Positions 16,667-23,509 of a stretch of 23,509 nucleotides of DNA are shown piece after piece. Position 1 is the stretch's first letter. Every line of letters begins with the position of its first letter. Position numbers and translations under genes: made by a program. Origin of the DNA: an uncultured Acidobacteriota bacterium (lineage in GTDB: Bacteria; Acidobacteriota; Thermoanaerobaculia; Multivoradales; JAHEKO01); contig CAVQNG010000029.1 of assembly GCA_963713825.1 (NCBI GenBank), forward strand, positions 1-23,509, in the 5' to 3' direction. The notes beneath the pieces are model-generated. The model saw only the letters and a list, made by a program, of their open reading frames with translations. It was not told the DNA's origin and made no database searches.

Positions 16667-18139
16667 ATGACTGCCACACCGCAACCTCCGATCGACTCCC
16701 AACCCCGATCGCGAAAGAGGACCCGACTCATGGCCATCGCGTTGCTGTTCTTCCACATTCTTGGGGCGATCTCCTCCGTGCACGCCATCATGAGTACCCG
16801 GACGGCGCAGGGAGCTGTCGCTTGGGTCGTTTCGCTCAATACCTTCCCCTACATCGCCGTCCCGGCCTACTGGGTTCTCGGCCGCAACAAATTCCAGGGC
16901 TATGTCACCGCCCGGCAACTGGTCGACGAGGAGCTCCTCCAAGTGGCGCCCGAAACCGTAGCTCACGTCGAAGAATTCATGGTCGCTCACGACGATCTCT
17001 CTCCCGGCCTGAGGATGGTCGACACTCTCACCGACATGCCGTTCACCAAAGGCAACGACGTGGAGCTCCTGATCGACGGCGATGCCACATTCGAGAGCAT
17101 CATCGCCGGAATCGAGGGTGCCAGGGACTACGTTCTGTTTCAGTTCTACATCATCAAGGACGATCGTGTCGGCACGCAGCTCAAGGATCTCCTGATCGAG
17201 AAGGCCCACCAGGGGGTGAGGGTCTTCTTTCTCTACGACGAGATTGGCAGCAGCAAGCTATCCCGGAGCTACCGCCAGGAGCTCCAGGATGCCGGCGTCG
17301 AAGTCTCGGCGTTCAACACGACGCAAGGGCGCCGCAATCGCTTCCAGCTCAACTTCCGCAACCACCGCAAGATCGTGGTCGTGGACGGACATACCGCCTG
17401 GATCGGTGGGCACAATGTCGGCGACGAGTATCTGGGTCGCGACCCGAAGTTCGGACACTGGCGCGACACCCACGTGCGAATGGAGGGGCCCGCCGTCATC
17501 GGAGCGCAGATCTCCTTCGCCGAGGACTGGTACTGGGCGACTCGCGAGTCGCTCGCTCTCGACTGGCGACCCGACCCCTCGGCGACCGGTGACCGCAAGA
17601 TGCTGGTGATTCCCACATCGCCTGCCGACGTGCGGGAGACCGCCTCACTGATGTTCATCCAGGCCATCTCCGGAGCTCTGGATCGGGTCTGGATTGCGAG
17701 CCCCTACTTCGTGCCGGATGAAGGCGTTCTCAAAGCCCTCGAGTTGGCCGATCTGCGAGGGGTTGACGTGCGCATCCTGATTCCCGACGAGCCCGATCAC
17801 ATGCTGGTGTATCTCGCGGCGTTCACCTTCGTCGATGAGCTCGCCAATACCGGCATCAGTTTCTATCGCTACACAGGTGGCTTCCTGCACCAGAAGGTGG
17901 TGCTCGTCGATGACCACGTTGCAGTGGTCGGAACCGCCAACCTGGACAATCGCTCCCTACGGTTGAACTTCGAGGTCTCGGCCTTGGTGGTAGATACCGA
18001 GTTTGCAGGCGAGATCGCCGACATGCTCGAGAGAGACTTCGCCCAGTCGCGTCGGATGCGCCGCGGCGAGTTCCCGGACAAGCCTCGCTGGTTTCAGTTC
18101 GCCGCTCGAGCGGCGAGACTCACCGCCCCGATTCTCTGA
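16667..18139 (+). CDS. cls: Cardiolipin synthase (phospholipase D family)
   Basis: N-terminal TM pair, two HKD motifs (NFRNHRKIVVVDG, FLHQKVVLVDD), WRDTH, SPYFVPD and GTANLDNRSLRLNFE. Start is 16667 or 16730; the 15980 start in the track overlaps the opposite-strand gene. Confidence 0.93.
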   Translation: MTATPQPPIDSQPRSRKRTRLMAIALLFFHILGAISSVHAIMSTRTAQGAVAWVVSLNTFPYIAVPAYWVLGRNKFQGYVTARQLVDEELLQVAPETVAHVEEFMVAHDDLSPGLRMVDTLTDMPFTKGNDVELLIDGDATFESIIAGIEGARDYVLFQFYIIKDDRVGTQLKDLLIEKAHQGVRVFFLYDEIGSSKLSRSYRQELQDAGVEVSAFNTTQGRRNRFQLNFRNHRKIVVVDGHTAWIGGHNVGDEYLGRDPKFGHWRDTHVRMEGPAVIGAQISFAEDWYWATRESLALDWRPDPSATGDRKMLVIPTSPADVRETASLMFIQAISGALDRVWIASPYFVPDEGVLKALELADLRGVDVRILIPDEPDHMLVYLAAFTFVDELANTGISFYRYTGGFLHQKVVLVDDHVAVVGTANLDNRSLRLNFEVSALVVDTEFAGEIADMLERDFAQSRRMRRGEFPDKPRWFQFAARAARLTAPIL

Positions 18140-18155
18140 AGCCGCGCTTTGTGTC

Positions 18156-18905
18156 TCATTCCAGGACGAGCCTGAAAGCGCGGGGCTGGATGGGGCGGTT
18201 GTTATCGAAGCCCAACAGATCGTGATAGTGCTGGAGCTGCTCTGGAGAAGCGATGATGGGCCGTTTGAGGACGATCCACTTGACTCCCTCCGTGCAGGGA
18301 GGGGTGGTCAGCGAGCCGTTGTACAGGAAGTACTCCGATCGGTCCCTGACCAGTTCGTTGAGATCCACCGGATCTGCGAAGGGGTCCTCGCCGCGCGCAG
18401 CCCTGAATGACGGCAACTTGTTCAACAGCGCGTTGGTCTCGCCCTCCTGGAACAGCAGTCCCACGACAACGTACTCTCCCTCCTCGTTCTGGTGAACCCA
18501 ATGCGTCTCCATCGGGTAGGCCGCACCATCGACCAAGTGCTCGCTCGGGCTGTGAAAATGAAACTGCTTGAGCTCGAACTGCCCATCGTCGAGGAGGATG
18601 TGGTTGCCGGGTCTCACATTCTCCTGGATGGCATGCCCGGTGTTGACCTCGACGAGATTGCCGGGGTTGGTGTAGTCGAAGATCAGCTCGGGTAGGTCGG
18701 CGTCGAAATCGGCCACCAGATCGATCGGTGACTGGTTCTTCCCCCTGGTGCACATGTCGAATTCCTCTGCCAGCTCGCCCCAATGCTCCGGTCCCTCATC
18801 ACCCTCGTAGGTCCAGTGGGCGCCTTCGCTTGCCCAGGCAGATGGAGCTACAGCAGCGATCGCTGTCAGCAGCATGAAACACAGCAACGCGGGTATGTAA
18901 CGCAT
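18156..18905 (-). CDS. cah: Alpha-class carbonic anhydrase, exported
   Basis: Signal peptide, HWTYEGDEGPEHWG, GKNQSPID, zinc ligands QFHFHSPSEH and METHWVH, YNGSLTTPPCTEGVKW and NNRPIQP. Confidence 0.95.
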   Translation of the reverse strand: MRYIPALLCFMLLTAIAAVAPSAWASEGAHWTYEGDEGPEHWGELAEEFDMCTRGKNQSPIDLVADFDADLPELIFDYTNPGNLVEVNTGHAIQENVRPGNHILLDDGQFELKQFHFHSPSEHLVDGAAYPMETHWVHQNEEGEYVVVGLLFQEGETNALLNKLPSFRAARGEDPFADPVDLNELVRDRSEYFLYNGSLTTPPCTEGVKWIVLKRPIIASPEQLQHYHDLLGFDNNRPIQPRAFRLVLE

Positions 18906-18971
18906 CAAGAAATCCCCTTTCCCGGCAGATGTGGTTCGAGATCGACCAGGTGTCATAGTCCAGCCGAAAGT

Positions 18972-19769
18972 CTATCCGTGTCGCTGGCGAAGGAAACCTA
19001 CCATTGCGGCGGTGACCGCCTCGGGTTGCTCGAGGGTCGAAAGGTGACCAGCGCGCGGGATCTCGACCAGCTTCGAGTCGGGCAAACCCGCATCGATCTT
19101 CTTCGACAGTCGCGCGGGCAGAGAGCGATCCTCGGAGCCGAAGATGACCAGGGAGGGAACCTCGATCTCGCCCAGGCGGGCGACGACCGAGTCCCGGCGC
19201 ATCAGCATCTCCAGGAAACGACGCATCGACTCCGGGTCGGCGGCGGCGAACCAGGCTCTCCATTCCTCGACCAGCGGTCGGTTCTCGCGGCAGGTCGTGG
19301 GACCAAACATCCCTTTGACAACGGCAGGCAAGAAGGGACGCAAGCCCACCAAGCGGGTCCCCGCTCCCATGGGCCTGGACTTGAGCCTGATCCAGAGCCG
19401 CTCGGCATCAGCATCGGTGTCCAAGAGAACCAGCGAACGGACCCGCTCCGGGTAGCGGAGCGCAGCTCGCATCGCGGTCATCCCGCCGACAGACAGACCG
19501 GCCCAAACGGCCCGTTCGATCCCGAGGTGATCCAATAGTGCCACCGAGTCCTCGACCAGGTCGTAGACGTCGAGGTCTTCCCGCAGTGGACTACTCCGCC
19601 CGTGGCCTCGGTAGTCTGGGTTGATCACCCGGTAGGACCGCGCCAACTCGGGCGCTTGGTAGCGCCACATCTCAACTGAGCAGAAGAAGCTGTGGCCCAG
19701 CAGAATCGCCGGTCCCTCGCCCATCGTCTCGTAGTAGATCTGGTGGTGCTGGTGCTTGAAAACCGGCAT
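18972..19769 (-). CDS. Alpha/beta-fold hydrolase (enol-lactone hydrolase-like)
   Basis: DYRGHGRS, nucleophile elbow GLSVGG, GSED acid and AGHLS histidine. Confidence 0.9.
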   Translation of the reverse strand: MPVFKHQHHQIYYETMGEGPAILLGHSFFCSVEMWRYQAPELARSYRVINPDYRGHGRSSPLREDLDVYDLVEDSVALLDHLGIERAVWAGLSVGGMTAMRAALRYPERVRSLVLLDTDADAERLWIRLKSRPMGAGTRLVGLRPFLPAVVKGMFGPTTCRENRPLVEEWRAWFAAADPESMRRFLEMLMRRDSVVARLGEIEVPSLVIFGSEDRSLPARLSKKIDAGLPDSKLVEIPRAGHLSTLEQPEAVTAAMVGFLRQRHG

Positions 19770-19800
19770 CGGGAGCCTGACCTTAGTCTACAGGCTCCCG
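19770..19800. repeat. Perfect 10-bp inverted repeat abutting the hydrolase start codon
   Basis: CGGGAGCCTG-accttagtcta-CAGGCTCCCG. Confidence 0.7.
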
Positions 19801-19818
19801 TCGGACCTCGAGCTTCGG

Positions 19819-21714
19819 CTAGCTCGAGCCTCGTCCTCCGTACTCCTCGCGCAGGGACTCGGTGTCCCAGCCCAAGTCCCGCGTCTCGCCGCGGTCCTCG
19901 AGGTCACTCAAGAGGAGTGATTCGAGATCGCCGATGCGCTGGCGGGCCGTATGAAAATAGAGCTTGTCATCGTGTCGCATCTTGGACAGCTCGCGCACCG
20001 CCTCCTCGTCATGAAGGCGGAACTTCTGCGCCGCCCGGAAGGCCTGAAAGGCCCTCCGCCCCAGCAAACGCAGGGCTTCGACGCCAGTCCGCAGTCCGGT
20101 GTCCAGCTTCTCCCGAAAGACGTGCTCGACACCCGCCTCGAGCAGATCGTAGGCTTCGCGACGACCGCGCGCGCGGACGAGAAGAATGAGATGCGGAAAG
20201 TGCCTCTGCACCATGTCGACCAGCTCCAGCCTCTTGTCGTGGGAATCGATGGCCACTACGAATAGCTTGGCATGCTCGGCGCCTGCCGCGCGCAGCAGGT
20301 CGATGCGGCACGCATCCCCGTAGAAGACCTTCATGCCCAACTTGCGAAGCAGGTCGACACGATCCGAGTCGTACTCGAGAACCGTGGTCCCCACGCCGTT
20401 GGCACGCAACAAGCGGCCCACTATGCTGCCGAAGCTTCCGAAACCAGCGATGATGACAGGGTTCTCCTCGTCGACGAGGTCCGGCGCACGCTCTTCGCGC
20501 TCCCGGGTACCGATGCGCGGCTGCACGATCTTCTCGTTCAGGAGCATCAGGATCGGCGTCGCCGCCATCGTCAGCGCCACGACGGCGATCAGGGTCGATA
20601 CCAGATCCGCCGGCACGACACGTTCCCGCACCGCGAACGACAGAAGCACGAAGGCGAATTCGCCTCCCTGGGCCAACGAAAACGAGAACAGGAGTTTCTG
20701 GTCCATGCTCATACGGAAGACCCGCCCCAGGATGAACAGGATCGCCCACTTGACGACGATCAACAGCAACATGAGCGACAGCACCAGCCCGAGGTTGCGA
20801 CCAATCAAACCGAAGTCGATCGCCGCACCAACGGCGATGAAGAAGAGGCCGAGCAGCAACCCCTTGAAGGGCTCGATGTCGCTTTCGAGCTCATGACGAT
20901 ACTCACTGCGCGCCAGGACGACTCCGGCCAGAAACGTGCCCAGGGCCGGACTGACACCGACCTTGCTCATCAGCATGGCGGTGCCGATGACCAGCAGCAA
21001 GGCTGCTGCCGTGAACAGCTCGCGCATCCCCGTGCGAGCGATGAAACGAAAGAAGGGCTGCAACAGATATCGACCGAAGAGGATGATGACGGCGACCGCG
21101 GCGAGGACCACCAGCGTCTCGGCCCATCCAGGCAGACCCTCGACCCAGGTGGTGCTGTGACTGCCCTCGCCGGCAGCGTGCTGGGCCCGTCCTGCGGTAG
21201 CCAGAAGCGGCAGGATGGCGAGGATGGGAATCACTGCGATGTCCTGGAAGAGCAGCACCGAGAACGCACTTCGGCCGCCAGAGGTCCTCAACAGGCCTTT
21301 TTCACTGAGGGTCTGGAGGACGATGGCGGTGGAAGAGAGCGCCAGGGACAGACCGATCGCCAGGGCCGGCCGCCAATCGAGCCCGAAAAGCACACCGATG
21401 ACAGCCAGAATGATCGCCGTCGCCACAACCTGTGAGCCGCCTAGCCCCAGAATCGGCGCCCGCAGGCTCCAGACTCGGGCCGGCTCGAGCTCGAGGCCGA
21501 TCAGAAAGAGCATCAACACCACCCCGAACTCGGCGAAGTGTAAGACGTCCTGCCCTTCGTCGCCGATCAGGCCCAGGACGAAGGGACCAATAACGACCCC
21601 GGCAAGCAGATATCCCAGAACCGAGCCCAAGCCCAGCCGCTTGGCGATCGGCACTGACACTACCGCCGCGGCCAAGAAGGTCAACGCTTGCAGGAAGAAG
21701 CCTTCACCGTACAT
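19819..21714 (-). CDS. kefC: KefB/KefC-type K+/H+ antiporter (CPA2 with KTN domain)
   Basis: RLGLGSVLGYLLAG, FAEFGVVLMLFLIGLEL, ALSSTAI, VLLFQD, YRHELESDIEPFKGLLLGLFF, QGGEFAFV, IIAGFGSFG and KVFYGDA. Real start is ATG 21714, in TGATG overlap with the upstream gene. kefB versus kefC is not resolvable by eye. Confidence 0.9.
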   Translation of the reverse strand: MYGEGFFLQALTFLAAAVVSVPIAKRLGLGSVLGYLLAGVVIGPFVLGLIGDEGQDVLHFAEFGVVLMLFLIGLELEPARVWSLRAPILGLGGSQVVATAIILAVIGVLFGLDWRPALAIGLSLALSSTAIVLQTLSEKGLLRTSGGRSAFSVLLFQDIAVIPILAILPLLATAGRAQHAAGEGSHSTTWVEGLPGWAETLVVLAAVAVIILFGRYLLQPFFRFIARTGMRELFTAAALLLVIGTAMLMSKVGVSPALGTFLAGVVLARSEYRHELESDIEPFKGLLLGLFFIAVGAAIDFGLIGRNLGLVLSLMLLLIVVKWAILFILGRVFRMSMDQKLLFSFSLAQGGEFAFVLLSFAVRERVVPADLVSTLIAVVALTMAATPILMLLNEKIVQPRIGTREREERAPDLVDEENPVIIAGFGSFGSIVGRLLRANGVGTTVLEYDSDRVDLLRKLGMKVFYGDACRIDLLRAAGAEHAKLFVVAIDSHDKRLELVDMVQRHFPHLILLVRARGRREAYDLLEAGVEHVFREKLDTGLRTGVEALRLLGRRAFQAFRAAQKFRLHDEEAVRELSKMRHDDKLYFHTARQRIGDLESLLLSDLEDRGETRDLGWDTESLREEYGGRGSS

Positions 21715-22331
21715 CAAGCTCGCTCCGTTGCTTCCAGCAGTAGCTCGTCGAGTCGACAGTTGATCCGCGGCCGGGCATGAGCGGCCTCGATATCCAGGCT
21801 CTCTTCGCACAGGGCTTCGACAAGTCGTCGATAGTCGTCGGCGTGAGAGCGAATCTCCTCGCTCGTCATGCCATGGGTTCCGTGCACGACGAAGGGTGGC
21901 AGGTACTCCACGCCGCACAGGCGGAATGTCTGCTGGATCGGAGCCAGGAACTGACGCATCGTGAAACGGTTGAGTCCTTCGGATGCATAGGCCTGCTCCC
22001 GGCCGCCCGTGGTGACGACGCTGATCGCCTTCTTGCCTTGCAACATCTTGCCTTCCGAGCCATAGGCCCACCCATGTTCCAGCACGAGATCCTGCCACTC
22101 CTTGAGCATCGCCGGGGTGCTGTACCAGAAGAAGGGGTGCTGCAAGACGATCACGTCGTGTTGGACCAACAGGTCCTGCTCCCTAGGCACATCAATATCG
22201 AACTCGGGATAGGTCTCATAGAGATCGTGGAAAGTGACCCCGGGCAACTCGCGCACTGCCGCTGCCAATTGCCGATTGACACGCGACTTCTCCAGTGCCG
22301 GGTGGGCGAAGAGGACCAGAATCCTGTTCAT
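21714..22331 (-). CDS. KefF/KefG-type ancillary flavodoxin-like NAD(P)H oxidoreductase
   Basis: ILVLFAHP..EKSRVN, HDLYETYPEFDIDV, QHPFFWYSTPAMLKEWQD and GWAYG. GAAGGAG RBS; coupled to the Kef antiporter. Confidence 0.9.
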   Translation of the reverse strand: MNRILVLFAHPALEKSRVNRQLAAAVRELPGVTFHDLYETYPEFDIDVPREQDLLVQHDVIVLQHPFFWYSTPAMLKEWQDLVLEHGWAYGSEGKMLQGKKAISVVTTGGREQAYASEGLNRFTMRQFLAPIQQTFRLCGVEYLPPFVVHGTHGMTSEEIRSHADDYRRLVEALCEESLDIEAAHARPRINCRLDELLLEATERA

Positions 22332-22483
22332 TGAAACACTCTCCTTCCTCGTCGTGGAGAATTAGGATACAGGATCCCGTCCCCTCTCCCTTTCACGGGC
22401 TGTGCCCACCCTCGGGGTCGATGCACGGCAAGCGCGACGACAGAATCCCGCCGGGAAAGACCGTGATTGCGGGGGGGCGGCCT

Positions 22484-23449
22484 CTACTGCACGAGATGGG
22501 TGTCTTCGTTGACCGAGACCCAGTTGTACCAGAAGGTGTCGAATCCGGTGAGCTGTTCGGCTCCAGCTGCCTTGCCCGCTCTCGCCAGCTCCAGGAGATC
22601 TTTCGATTGACTGGCCTGGTTTGCCAGGGTCGCCGGAACGACCCAGCCTCGAGTCGACTCGAAGATGGCGGCCTTTTTGCCGCGATAGAGGAAGAGTCGC
22701 TGGTCGCCCCAGCCCTCGACTTCGAGGACCTTGCCTCCCGCAAAGGCGGTATGAGGCACGGCATAGGGCTCGTCGTCCCTCCAGAAGGAGTAGATGGAAT
22801 CTTTCGGCGCCAGCCGATGGTCGTCGATCTCGAGATCGCGGAAGGTGCCTTCGGACTCGAAATAGTTGTCATAGGGGTTGTTCTCGATGTGCTCCTCACC
22901 GTCGACGGAAAGCACCAGGGTGTCTGGATGGCGCCGGCGCCAGTCCTTCCAGGTGACCTTCTCGCCCCGGGGAAACTCCACCAGCTCGACGCCGTCCAGC
23001 TCTCCGCCGATGGCGTCGGAGGTCATGATCGACCACCAGCTGTCCGTCTCGCGATCCCGCATCACCAGGGAGGCATCCATCAGCGCCCCCGAGGCCTCGA
23101 AGTTCAGTTCCTTCTCTCCTACTTTGCGGTCGTAGACTACGGCCGTGTTGGCGAGCGGTCACCACACGGCAGCGAACGAGTTTTCGCCGATCCTGTCGTT
23201 CACCACTTCGTGCCGGTTGAGCAGGTTCAGGCTGTAGGCGCGAGCCTGCCCATCGATCTCCACTCCCAGGATCCAGGCGTCGTCCGCGATCTCCGCTTCC
23301 CCGGCGCTGACGAACTCTGGATTGAAGATCGCGGCGATCTTGCCCCGCTCGAGGATTTGCTCCACTCCCTCCGGCAGCTCGTCAGCCAGCATCGCACTCC
23401 CCAGACCGGCGCCCAGGCCAAGCAGGGCAAGCATCGTTCGTTTGCGCAT
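22484..23449 (-). CDS. DUF3179-family exported protein with in-frame UGA (probable selenocysteine, U97); 321 aa with read-through
   Basis: ORFs 23159-23485 and 22484-23080 share a frame, and only TGA 23159-23161 separates them. Read-through gives HEVVNDRIGENSFAAVW-U-PLANTAVVYDRKVGEKELNFEASGALMDASLVMRDRETDSWW, collinear with the DUF3179 pattern HE.VND...CPLC....F..SG.L....LVM.DR.T.S.W. GGAGAGAG precedes ATG 23449; signal peptide present. Confidence 0.88.
23127..23145 (-). promoter_or_regulatory. Candidate bacterial SECIS hairpin
   Basis: mRNA reads UGA-CCGCUCGCCAACA-CGGCCGUA-GUC-UACGACCG: a 7-bp stem with one C/A mismatch and an apical loop starting GU, with the loop G 22 nt after the UGA. 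Confidence 0.7.
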
Positions 23450-23509
23450 CGCTCTCTCCAATTGCAATCCCCTCCGTTCGCCCACACTGCATCTACGGCT
23501 GCAGTGCCT

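Noticed and set aside
21715-22098. N-terminal extension of the Kef antiporter
   Set aside because: Overlaps the kefF/G-type gene in another frame; TGATG coupling defines the start at 21714.
22484-23080. Independent 198-aa protein starting at MDASLVM
   Set aside because: Begins mid-domain; better explained as the post-UGA part of the DUF3179 gene.
1-23509. CRISPR array, rRNA, integron cassette array, prophage genes
   Set aside because: No regularly spaced repeats, rRNA-like sequence, attC series or phage hallmark proteins were seen.

Overview
High-GC bacterial DNA. The signal peptides and beta-barrel-like proteins suggest a diderm; the taxon cannot be determined from this window. The left half (1-12.7 kb) is an eroded accessory region. 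It holds a glycine-zipper protein, a vapBC toxin-antitoxin pair, a complete IS6-family element that truncates a gene, a DUF389 protein, an IS3 end remnant and several gene fragments. It also holds a sigma-54 module in which a membrane-anchored PAS/AAA+ enhancer-binding protein sits divergent from an ABM-like / three beta-barrel-like / glycine-zipper / arylsulfatase run, followed by a second arylsulfatase collapsed by several internal deletions. The right half looks more intact: Gfo/Idh/MocA oxidoreductase, GT4 glycosyltransferase, AlkP-superfamily phosphodiesterase, cardiolipin synthase, alpha-carbonic anhydrase, alpha/beta hydrolase and a Kef K+ efflux pair. The best finding is at the right end. 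Two ORFs that the track lists separately are one DUF3179 gene interrupted by an in-frame UGA at the family's first-Cys position (W-U-P-L-A), followed by a SECIS-like hairpin, i.e. a probable exported selenoprotein. Family assignments come from recognising motifs by eye; no database search was run.
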